DNA of 27,555 nucleotides from an uncultured Verrucomicrobiota bacterium. GTDB lineage: Bacteria; Verrucomicrobiota; Verrucomicrobiia; Limisphaerales; CAZVRY01. The stretch covers positions 1 through 27,555 of the forward strand of contig CAZVRY010000069.1 of the NCBI GenBank assembly GCA_964629545.1. The letters run 5' to 3'. The translations under genes were made by a program, and so were the position numbers. Below the pieces are notes generated by a model. It was not told where the DNA came from and made no database searches. It saw nothing but the letters and a program-made list of their open reading frames with translations. Positions within the stretch are counted from its first letter, which is position 1. Every line of letters starts with the position of its first letter. This document shows, piece by piece, positions 16,679 through 23,726 of the stretch.

Positions 16679-17372
16679 ACGCGTGTGGCAATTCCTGCAG
16701 AGGCAGCCAGCGCTGGCAGGCTTTGTCCTGGTGGGCGGCTCGGCCCTGGCGCTCCGGTTGAAGCACCGGATCAGCGAAGATCTCGACCTGGTTCTCCCCG
16801 CGCAGAAACTGCCTCGGGCTCCGCTGGATGTTCTGCGCCTGGCGGCTCAAGCGGAGAATCTGGAATTTCGACTGCTGGACGACGAAGCTGCCGTCATGGC
16901 GTTCGCCGAGGGCGGTCTTGAATTGCACGATTACCAGCAGAACTACCTGGTCAACGACCGCATTCGGCTGTCGATGTTCACGCCAGAGCCATCTCTGGCC
17001 AAAGTGCTCACCGGGCCGCCCGAGCCGAGGGTCCGAGTCGCGACATTGCCCGAGCTCTTCAAGTCCAAGTGCCTTGTTTCGGCCCTCCGTTCGAAAACCC
17101 GCGATTGGTTCGACCTGTATGTGCTGCTTCGAAACCATGGCTTCACCGCCCTGGATTACCGGACCGCCTTTCTCGAAGCCGGCCTTGAACCCCAATGCGA
17201 CATCGGCTTGAGCCGCCTGTGCAGCGGCCGGCCGCAAGCCGATGACGAAGGTTACCGTCACCTCATGCCCGACCCGCCCTCGCTGGCCGAAATGAGGGCC
17301 TTCTTCACCGCGATGCGCGACCAACTTGAACAAACACTCGCCGCCGAAGTCGCCTCCCGACGGCCCAGGTGA
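16659..17372 (+). CDS. abiEii: AbiEii/AbiGii-family (DUF1814) nucleotidyltransferase toxin of a type IV toxin-antitoxin / abortive-infection system
   Basis: ORF 16578..17372(+). Probable start MLLPDTERVWQF at 16659. Nucleotidyltransferase motif LVGGSALALRLKHRISEDLDLV (GG[ST]AL...RxSxDLD). Second AbiEii hallmark KSKCLVSALRSKTRDWFDLYVLL (K..A..R.K.RD.[YF]DL). Confidence 0.75.
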   Translation: MLLPDTERVWQFLQRQPALAGFVLVGGSALALRLKHRISEDLDLVLPAQKLPRAPLDVLRLAAQAENLEFRLLDDEAAVMAFAEGGLELHDYQQNYLVNDRIRLSMFTPEPSLAKVLTGPPEPRVRVATLPELFKSKCLVSALRSKTRDWFDLYVLLRNHGFTALDYRTAFLEAGLEPQCDIGLSRLCSGRPQADDEGYRHLMPDPPSLAEMRAFFTAMRDQLEQTLAAEVASRRPR

Positions 17373-17389
17373 AACGGCGGGTGCAACTC

Positions 17390-17501
17390 GACACCAGCCT
17401 TTCGCGCGCTGGCGGGCGAACCATTTCAATGCGAGGTCATGCCGCTCGTGGCTGGGCCAGCGCAAGGCGAGGAGCAGGTTGGTGTCGAGCAGGTAGCCCT
17501 T
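17390..17501 (-). pseudogene. vapC: VapC (PIN-domain toxin) N-terminal remnant, truncated where the abiE module begins; no ATG start
   Basis: Minus-strand frame 2 reads RKGYLLDTNLLLALRWPSHERHDLALKWFARQRAKGW, the canonical VapC N-terminus with the first catalytic Asp in LLDTN. It then runs into sequence antisense to abiEii (CRVAPAVS..., junk). The codon before KGY is AGG rather than ATG. Confidence 0.5.
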
Positions 17502-17728
17502 CCTACGCCCTCCGCCTCGAGGCGGCGCACGTCGTCCGTGGTCACTCTCGGCGAATCCGCCGGCAGATCGAACACCACGAGGCCATCCTTGTCCTGGGCG
17601 GGAGTGGAGGCGTTCAGCCCCTTGCGCAAGAGATCCGAGACGGCCCTGCCGAGCGAGACGCCCCGCAGCCTGGCCTGGCGGGCGGCCAGTTCGTGAACGT
17701 CATCGTCGAGAGTCAGTGTCGCTCTCAT
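17426..17728 (-). CDS. vapB: VapB-like RHH-type antitoxin (about 74 conserved aa) with a 26-aa aberrant C-terminal extension that reads across the vapC remnant in another frame
   Basis: ORF 17426..17728(-). MRATLTLDDDVHELAARQARLRGVSLGRAVSDLLRKGL is a typical VapB/ribbon-helix-helix antitoxin N-terminus. Conserved sequence ends about nt 17507. The tail GRATCSTPTCSSPCAGPATSGMTSH overlaps the VapC-like frame. Confidence 0.6.
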   Translation of the reverse strand: MRATLTLDDDVHELAARQARLRGVSLGRAVSDLLRKGLNASTPAQDKDGLVVFDLPADSPRVTTDDVRRLEAEGVGRATCSTPTCSSPCAGPATSGMTSH

Positions 17729-17770
17729 GGCCTCACGATGCTGTTACTCCCGTTTGATGTCAATTAGCTC

Positions 17771-17999
17771 GATGTGCATCACTCCAGCGATGCGGTGGCA
17801 GCGCCCCTCATTCCATGCCTCCCTCTCGCCCGAAGACGCCCGGTCCGCGCAGGCGCTGACGAAACCAGCGGCCGGGCGCGCCGTTCGCGGTTCGCGGACG
17901 CGACCCTACGGCGCCGCCGCCGTCGGCGCCGCCTGCGCTTGGCCCGCCACCTGGCGCCGCTGCTGCGTGTAGTATTCGGTCACCCACGCATCGCGGCGT
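17771..17999 (-). pseudogene. nosL: Duplicated 3' fragment of nosL plus its downstream flank (copy 1), carrying a 160-bp internal deletion relative to the intact copy
   Basis: 17771-17957 aligns to 19623-19807 at about 97% identity (5-6 mismatches). 17958-17999 aligns to 19968-20010. The junction shares the microhomology GGCGC. The 64-aa ORF 17808..18002(-) parallels the nosL C-terminus and the downstream ORF of the intact copy. Confidence 0.6.
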
Positions 18000-18026
18000 C
18001 AACTCGCATGGGTGGCCAGGTTTCCG

Positions 18027-18173
18027 TTATTCATCAGTGCAGAAGTAAGCATACACCCCTCACCCCATCCCTCTCCCCAACCCTTGAAAGCGAAGCGATG
18101 GAACGGGGTTGGGGAGAGGGAGAAAGGGAGAGGGGAGCCATCCTGTGTCTGCCTACTTATGCACTCATCAATA
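18027..18173. repeat. MITE/REP-like palindromic repeat, copy R4 (family A, full length about 147 bp). Imperfect TIRs ATTCATCAGTGCAGAAGTAAGCA / TGCCTACTTATGCACTCATCAAT; core ctctccccaaccc...gggttggggagag.
   Basis: Reverse-complement orientation of the copy at 23726-23872, almost identical over the core. Inserted directly after the nosL fragment. Confidence 0.65.
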
Positions 18174-18189
18174 CCAGTCGTTGGGCGTC

Positions 18190-18651
18190 TGGCGGGTCCT
18201 GCGCCGCCCGGTCTTCCTGGCGTCGGGCGCGCTTTGGGGATCGGCCGAGGTCTTCCAGGCCCAGGCCAGTCCGGACGGGCGGTGGCTGGCGGTGGCGAAG
18301 GACGACGGCGTCCGTTTGCTGGAGTTGCAGGCGGGCCAGGAACGGGCATTCGCCGCCGTTCCAAGGACCCGGGCGGCGTGCTTCTTACCGGATGGCGCCG
18401 CGCTGGGCGTGGCGTCGACGGGAGGATTGTCTATCCACCCGATCACCTCCGGCGGCGCTTTGGAACCAGGGCGCGCTTGCCTGGTCCCGGGTTTGGAGGC
18501 CGTGCGGCAATTGGCGATGAGTGACGATGGTCGTTGGTGCGCTGAGGCGGCCTTCGACGCTGTAACCATTCGCAACACCGATTCCTGGGCCACGCACTTT
18601 CGGGTGCCCCGCCAGTTGGCCGAGCTGGGTTTGGACTGGGAGGGACCTTGA
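18190..18651 (+). pseudogene. WD40/PD40-like beta-propeller fragment (about 3 blades) without a credible start; probable gene remnant
   Basis: ORF 18109..18651(+), whose ATG lies inside MITE R4. Blade-like repeats SPDGRWLAVAKDDGVRLLEL, FLPDGAALGVASTGGLSIHPI and MSDDGRWCAEAAFDAVTIRN. Confidence 0.3.
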
Positions 18652-18668
18652 ACCTTGGCCGGGAGACT

Positions 18669-19199
18669 TCAGATCTTAGGCACGGTGCGGCGGATCTGCT
18701 CGAGCAGCGCGCGCGTACCGTGCCGCTCGCACCAGCCCTCGATGTAAGGCCAATCGAGCTTATCGCCCTGGACACCCATCACGGCGCGCACGTCGTCTTG
18801 ATCGCGACTACGCGCCCAGCGAAGCTTCATGATGATCACGTCCTCGGGCGTCGGCAGCCAGATTTGCCGTCCGTAGGCATTGACCGCCACCCGGCGCTGA
18901 AATCGAGCCTGATCGTGCGAATCGTTCGAGAGCAGGAACAGTTCAACTTTGAAAGGGCTCTGTGTGTGTTGGATCAACTGCCGGAACGTGCCCGTGTTCG
19001 TCTCGAAAGACAGTTGCGGATCGGCTTCAAAATCCGTTCCCAGCCGTTCCATAAAATCGCGTCCAACGCCGCCGCTCAGCTCGACGACGAAATCCGCGTC
19101 TTTGGTCGAACGCGGGATGCCGTAATAATTACTGGAGAACGAACCCGCCAGGAGGTAGGCGATGCCCGATGCCGCAAGCGCATCAGCCACCCTCACCAT
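18669..19199 (-). CDS. Minimal nucleotidyltransferase (Pol-beta superfamily, MNT-like) protein, about 176 aa
   Basis: ORF 18669..19334(-). Probable start MVRVADALAASG at 19199, with GGAAG 10 nt upstream. Nucleotidyltransferase motif LLAGSFSSNYYGIPRSTKDADFVV (hG[GS]x9-13Dh[DE]h). C-terminal KLRWARSRDQDDVRAVMG resembles the second AbiEii motif. Lower GC than surroundings. Confidence 0.6.
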   Translation of the reverse strand: MVRVADALAASGIAYLLAGSFSSNYYGIPRSTKDADFVVELSGGVGRDFMERLGTDFEADPQLSFETNTGTFRQLIQHTQSPFKVELFLLSNDSHDQARFQRRVAVNAYGRQIWLPTPEDVIIMKLRWARSRDQDDVRAVMGVQGDKLDWPYIEGWCERHGTRALLEQIRRTVPKI

Positions 19200-19216
19200 C
19201 AAGCTCGCTTCCGGAG

Positions 19217-19504
19217 TCACGGGCGGTCCTCCAGGTTGCGTAGCAGCTCCAACCGGTCCTCGAGGATTCGCCGTTGCTCCGCTTCGTCCGCTGCGGGGAA
19301 TTGATTCCGGATGCCCGCCATCGTGATGGAGCACGCGTAAGCGAAGAGTTCCTCGCCCAGCAATAGCTTCTGTTCCGGCGCCATCGCGCGCGCCTCACGC
19401 AACTCCTCGCGATACAGCTCATCGATCAACCGCTGGGTCCGCGGCGGCGGCGCGTAGGGCTGGGCCTGCTCCCGCAGCGCGTCAGTCTGGCGGTTCGGCG
19501 TCAT
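19217..19504 (-). CDS. Small (95 aa) His-free helical protein encoded 17 nt upstream of the MNT-like gene; candidate antitoxin/partner
   Basis: ORF 19217..19504(-), ATG at 19504. The stop is 17 nt before the MNT start. It has no His, so no HEPN Rx4-6H motif. Acidic helical sequence (ELYREELREARAMAPEQKLLLGEELF...EQRRILEDRLELLRNLE). Confidence 0.45.
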   Translation of the reverse strand: MTPNRQTDALREQAQPYAPPPRTQRLIDELYREELREARAMAPEQKLLLGEELFAYACSITMAGIRNQFPAADEAEQRRILEDRLELLRNLEDRP

Positions 19505-19756
19505 GCCGATAATTCAACATGCCCGGCCCGTTTGCGCAACTCCTCCAAGACCAGCGGGAGCAGTTCATCGGTCGCCGTGGGATCGCCGGCTTGGCCCGCC
19601 CCAGCGCCAAAATGAGAACTGCTGATGTGCATCACTCCAGCGATGCGGTGGCAGCGCAGCTCATTCCATGCCTCCCTCGCCCGAGGACGCCCGGTCCGCG
19701 CAGGCGCTGACCAAACCAGCGGCCGGGCGCGCCGTTCGCGGTTCGCGGACACGACC

Positions 19757-20230
19757 CTACGGCGCCGCCGCCGTCGGCGCCGCCTGCGCTCGGCCCGCCA
19801 CCTGGCGCAGCAGCTCCAGCGTGATCTCGTCCGCCGTCAAGATGCGGTCCCCGTAGTGGTCCTGCTTGAACTGCTCGGCGGCCGCCCGGCCGGCGATGGG
19901 CACGAGGGCCTTCCCCATCGGGCCCACGACGTCCGAACCGCTGACAAAGAGGACGTCCCCGACCGGGCGCCGCTGCTGCGTGTAGTATTCGGTCACCCAC
20001 GCATCGCGGCTGCCCTCGCCCTGAGGGCTGCGCCAGTAGGCGAACATGCATCGCTCGCAGCAGAAGCGATCCGGGCGGCCCTGCGGGTCGGTCAGGCCGG
20101 CGATCCAGCGCGGCGCCTGGTCCACCAGCATGCCGCACTTGCGACAGCGGTCGCCTTGGGGGCGACACCCGCCGGCCAACACCAGCGCACAAGCCAACCA
20201 CAACCAACCGCGTGCTCGGATGAATTTCAT
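19757..20230 (-). CDS. nosL: NosL-family copper-binding lipoprotein (157 aa)
   Basis: Within ORF 19757..20698(-). Start MKFIRARGWLWLACALVLAGGC (lipobox LAGGC) at 20230. Conserved NosL motifs CRKCGM (CxxCGM), RFCCERCM (kFCs) and EYYTQQ...GDVLFVSGSDVVGPMGKALVPIAGRAAAEQF, compared with P. stutzeri NosL CHVCGM...KFCS...AYYVVGTSLKGAMGASLASF. Confidence 0.8.
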   Translation of the reverse strand: MKFIRARGWLWLACALVLAGGCRPQGDRCRKCGMLVDQAPRWIAGLTDPQGRPDRFCCERCMFAYWRSPQGEGSRDAWVTEYYTQQRRPVGDVLFVSGSDVVGPMGKALVPIAGRAAAEQFKQDHYGDRILTADEITLELLRQVAGRAQAAPTAAAP

Positions 20231-20368
20231 ATTGCTGAGTTCATTTGTAAGCAGACATGCAACGGCTCCCCTCTCCCTGTCTCTCCCCACCCCCCCTGTA
20301 TCACTTCGCTTTCCAGGGTTGGGGAGAGGGGGCGGGGTGGGTGTCTGCTGATTTCCGCACTCGCCCAT
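20231..20368. repeat. MITE/REP-like palindromic repeat, copy R5 (family A variant). It fills the nosL/membrane-protein intergenic gap exactly.
   Basis: The left arm attgctgagttcatttgtaagcagacatgcaacggctcccctctccc aligns to the R6 arm attgatgagtgcataagtagacagacacgggatggctcccctctccc. Core ctctccccacccc...ttccagggttggggagaggg. It begins 1 nt after the nosL ATG (CAT 20228-20230) and ends 3 nt before the upstream stop at 20371. Confidence 0.6.
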
Positions 20369-20370
20369 GG

Positions 20371-21405
20371 CTACACCTTTCCAAAGACCGTGACCCCGCC
20401 CGCTTGGAGCCAGTAACGCGCCACCGGAACCGCTCCGCAGACCAGGACGGCCAACCAAGCCAACGCCGCCCAGCCCCCCAGCGTCCGCTCCATGGCCTCG
20501 AGGGACGCGGGCTCGGCCACGGCGGGGCGTTGGAGTTCGATCAGACCAAGACCCGCCCCGTTGATGCTCGCCAGCAGGAGCGCGCCGAAGAGCGGCCAAC
20601 CCAGGCCGCCGCCCTGCGCGTGCAGCAGGCAAAACGGACAGAGGTGCGTGGGCGTGCCCAGGATGTGCGGCGCGACCACGGTCAGTATCGCGGGCCATAC
20701 GGCCACGGAGGCAACCGCCGACCCGGCGCCCGCCCCCAAGGCCGCCCCGCGGGTCGGACGCCGCCAGGTGCGCGCCGAGACCCCGCCCGCCACCACCACG
20801 GCGGCGAGACCGAGAACGGCCGCCGGCCCCGGGGCCAGCAAACGGGCGCCCGCGTGGTGTTGCACGACCGCGGCGTCCACCCAGACCGAACAGCAGGAGG
20901 CGATGACCTTGAAATCCAGTTGCCAGGCGAAGGCCAGCGCCAGGCCCAGATCAGCCACCGCGAATGCAGCCACCGGCAGCAGGGCCAGAAACTTGCGTCG
21001 CGTGAGGACCGGGGCCTCCAATCGCAGGTCGAACCGGTGCAGCACGACCCACCACCCGCAGACCAGCGCGGTCAACGCGCTCGCCAGGAGGCTGGGAAAA
21101 CCCATGGGCGCAGAGGCGAGGACCCCAAACGCACACATCGCCCCGCGAATGCTCCCCACCAAATGATCGGCCACGAACACGGCCAGGCCCAGCCCCAGAA
21201 TCTCCAACAGCAGGGCGACCTGGAGGACCGAGGCCGCCAACTCGGCCTGGCGTTCGAGGGCGAGTTGGGCTTCGCTCGATTGCCCCGGGCGCCACCGTCG
21301 CGCCACCTGGAACCCGAGGATGCCCCCGGCCACACAGAGCGCGGCGGCCACCGCGGTCTGGAGCACCCGGGCCAGCAGCCACAAGTTGAGAAAGTTCGTG
21401 GCCAT
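20371..21405 (-). CDS. Hypothetical polytopic membrane protein (about 344 aa, at least 8 predicted TM segments) with His/Cys-rich motifs (HLCPFCLLHAQGG, VVQHHAG); possible metal-handling component
   Basis: ORF 20371..21489(-). Probable start MATNFLNLWLLARVL at 21405, preceded by a strong SD (GAGGGAGGAGGG). Lies 10 nt downstream of the ABC ATPase stop. Confidence 0.6.
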   Translation of the reverse strand: MATNFLNLWLLARVLQTAVAAALCVAGGILGFQVARRWRPGQSSEAQLALERQAELAASVLQVALLLEILGLGLAVFVADHLVGSIRGAMCAFGVLASAPMGFPSLLASALTALVCGWWVVLHRFDLRLEAPVLTRRKFLALLPVAAFAVADLGLALAFAWQLDFKVIASCCSVWVDAAVVQHHAGARLLAPGPAAVLGLAAVVVAGGVSARTWRRPTRGAALGAGAGSAVASVAVWPAILTVVAPHILGTPTHLCPFCLLHAQGGGLGWPLFGALLLASINGAGLGLIELQRPAVAEPASLEAMERTLGGWAALAWLAVLVCGAVPVARYWLQAGGVTVFGKV

Positions 21406-21415
21406 CCCTCCTCCC

Positions 21416-22105
21416 TCAACGCTCCAACGCCCCGTCCACCAGCCGGACCACCCCGTCCACCCTCGGATCCTCCGCCAACCGCCGGTCATGGGTTGTAGCC
21501 AGGAGCGTCCGGCCTTCTGCGCGCAGGCGCAGGAGTTCTTCCACCAGGATGCGCACGTTCTCCGTATCCAGCGCCGCCGTGGGTTCGTCCAGCATCAGCA
21601 CCGGGGCTTCCGTCACCAGGGCGCGGATCAAGGCGGCGCGCTGGCGTTCCCCGGCGGAGAGCCGCTCCACGCGCTGGTGGGCGAAGGGGGTCAGGCCGAA
21701 CCGTTCCAACAGGTCGTGGGCGCGCCGCTGGTCCTCCCTTCCGGGCCCGCCCGCGGGCACCAGGGGCAGGACGATGTTCTCGAGCAGGCTCATGCCGGTG
21801 GCCAGCGCAAACTCCTGAAACACCATCCCCACCAGGTGGCGGCGGACCAGGGCCCGATGATGATCGCGCAAGTGGGTGATGCAGCGGCCCGCCAAATGCA
21901 CCTCCCCGGCCGTCGGCGCGACCATGCCGGCCAACAACGCAAGCAACGTGGTCTTCCCGGAACCGCTCGGACCGCTCACGATCCAGAACTCCCGCTCCGG
22001 AACGGTCAGGTCGATGTCCCGCAAGGCGACCTTCTCCCTCCGTCCGGCCGCGTAACGCTTGGTCAAGGCCACCGCGCGCACCATCGCTGACCCCGCCGCG
22101 TTCAT
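21416..22105 (-). CDS. ABC transporter ATP-binding protein (LolD/MacB/FtsE-like)
   Basis: ORF 21416..22105(-). Walker A GPSGSGKTTLL, signature LSAGERQRAALIRAL, Walker B LMLDEPTAALD. Its ATG overlaps the permease stop (ATGA at 22102-22105). Confidence 0.9.
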   Translation of the reverse strand: MNAAGSAMVRAVALTKRYAAGRREKVALRDIDLTVPEREFWIVSGPSGSGKTTLLALLAGMVAPTAGEVHLAGRCITHLRDHHRALVRRHLVGMVFQEFALATGMSLLENIVLPLVPAGGPGREDQRRAHDLLERFGLTPFAHQRVERLSAGERQRAALIRALVTEAPVLMLDEPTAALDTENVRILVEELLRLRAEGRTLLATTHDRRLAEDPRVDGVVRLVDGALER

Positions 22106-23343
22106 TGCTCGCCGCGCACTAACCCATGCGGGTCAAGCGTCGCCGTCCGCCAGGCCGGCACCAGGCTCGCCGCCACCCACGGCAACACCACCAGACTGAG
22201 CAACACCAGCAGTTGCCCCGGGCCTAGCGCGGGCGTCAGGCGCAAGGCCGGATAGATGCTGCTCCAGCCCAGCAACGCGTCGCCCAACCCAGGGGCCCGG
22301 GCGTAGAACACATACGCGTAGGCCGCCAACACTCCCAGCCCAGCCCCGTACAACGCAATGACCGCATTCTCCCACAGCCGCGCGATCAACACGTCGCTCG
22401 TCCGCCATCCGACCGCCTTGAGCACGCCGATCTCGCGGCGCTCGCCCGGACCCACCCCCGTCAACCGATCCCAAGCCAGGACCAAAAAGGCCGTCAGCGC
22501 CGGTAACAACATCGCCCCCAGCATCCCCCCACGCGTATCGAACGTCAGATCGTAGGTCCGCGTCATCAGCTGCCGATCCACCACCCGCGCGCTCGGCCAG
22601 CGCTCCACGATCTTGCGCGCCACCACCGTGGCTTCGTCGGGCGTGCTCAGCCGGATGGCGCCATCCGTGGCCCAGCCGGCGGGGATCTGCAGGAACGCGC
22701 GCGCGTCGGCCTCGGTCATCAGGATCACGTCGCAGGTCCACAGGGCAACCTCGGACCGGAACAGGCCCACCAGTTCAAGCCGCTTCATGGCGCCCCCCAC
22801 CGGCAACGTCACCGCCTCGCCCACCTCCAGCCCGAGGAAGGCCGCCAGCGTCTGCCCCATCACCACCTCGCCCGAACCGTCCGGACGCGGCATCCGCCCC
22901 ACGGTCGACACGACGGAAAGATCTCGCGCCGCCGACGGCTCGCGCGGGTCGAGGCCAACCACCGTGAAGTTGCCTGACAGCGTGGGGACAAAGTAGTAAC
23001 CCCAGACCCGAGAGCGAACCTCCATCACGCCCGGAATGGAGCCTAAGCCGGCCAGCTCCTGTTCCCGGATCAAGGCCGGACGGCCCGCCGCCAGTGCCTG
23101 CACGGTCAAATCGGGCAAGGCCGCCGCCGCCAGACGGAATTCCCGGCGGAGTGCCTCGGTGAGAAACAACACCGACGCCAGGGCGAAGGTCAGGAGACCC
23201 AGCGCCACGCCCAGTGCCGTCGTCCGCCCCGCCCGCCGCCGCACGCTCCCCAGGGCAAAGCGCACCAGCGCCGCCTGGCGCTTCCACCCGCGGCCAAAGC
23301 CCGCCGCGGATAGGAACTCAAACCTCGTTCCGGCGCCCTTCAT
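22102..23343 (-). CDS. ABC transporter permease, FtsX/MacB/LolCE family (4 TM plus periplasmic domain)
   Basis: ORF 22102..23343(-). FtsX-domain motif REIGVLKAVGWRTSDV. N-terminal TM, a large periplasmic loop and a C-terminal 3-TM bundle. Confidence 0.85.
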   Translation of the reverse strand: MKGAGTRFEFLSAAGFGRGWKRQAALVRFALGSVRRRAGRTTALGVALGLLTFALASVLFLTEALRREFRLAAAALPDLTVQALAAGRPALIREQELAGLGSIPGVMEVRSRVWGYYFVPTLSGNFTVVGLDPREPSAARDLSVVSTVGRMPRPDGSGEVVMGQTLAAFLGLEVGEAVTLPVGGAMKRLELVGLFRSEVALWTCDVILMTEADARAFLQIPAGWATDGAIRLSTPDEATVVARKIVERWPSARVVDRQLMTRTYDLTFDTRGGMLGAMLLPALTAFLVLAWDRLTGVGPGERREIGVLKAVGWRTSDVLIARLWENAVIALYGAGLGVLAAYAYVFYARAPGLGDALLGWSSIYPALRLTPALGPGQLLVLLSLVVLPWVAASLVPAWRTATLDPHGLVRGEQ

Positions 23344-23726
23344 GGCTCAAGAGGAGAATGGCTGGGAGGTTGGATCTTGGGGCGTCCCGCCTCGAGTGCC
23401 CTGGAGAATTCATAGGGAGGCCCCAGGCAAGCGCCCGCCGGATCGTTATCGAGCAGGGCCGGCCCATCCGCAAAGGCCGCCCCCGGCTCGCTCAGGGAGG
23501 GATGACGCAGCCAGCGCGAGGAACTGGACAGGGCCAGGTCGGCCCACCCCGCCAAACGGACCATCGAATGCACGTAGAGGCCACGAGCGACCTGCGCCTC
23601 CCGCCGCGCCGCCGCGTCCGCTAGCATCCCAACCAAGCCCGCCACCAGGGCGGCCAGCCACAAAAGGTGTCCCCAGCCCCGCGCGCAGGATGCCAGGCCG
23701 GACCCCGTTGCGCCGTCGCCCGTCAT
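23340..23726 (-). CDS. Hypothetical 128-aa single-TM protein whose stop overlaps the permease start (ATGA) and whose ATG sits at the boundary of MITE R6
   Basis: Internal Met (residue 91) of ORF 23340..23996(-). TM segment GHLLWLAALVAGLVGMLADAAA. The TGA/ATG overlap at 23340-23343 suggests translational coupling. The start context CAATATG is supplied by the MITE terminus, as at nosL. Confidence 0.3.
   Translation of the reverse strand: MTGDGATGSGLASCARGWGHLLWLAALVAGLVGMLADAAARREAQVARGLYVHSMVRLAGWADLALSSSSRWLRHPSLSEPGAAFADGPALLDNDPAGACLGPPYEFSRALEAGRPKIQPPSHSPLEP

Noticed and set aside
18109-18189. ATG start of the WD40-like ORF at 18109
   Set aside because: The start codon and first 27 codons lie inside MITE R4 (repeat-derived peptide MGRGRKGEGSHPVSAYLCTHQ). 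The propeller-like sequence has no independent start, so I called it a remnant.
19501-19752. 83-aa ORF between nosL and the small partner gene
   Set aside because: It spans the MITE-terminus remnant and the duplicated nosL downstream flank. Its composition is junk-like with no motif, and it probably arises from the repeat and duplication junction.
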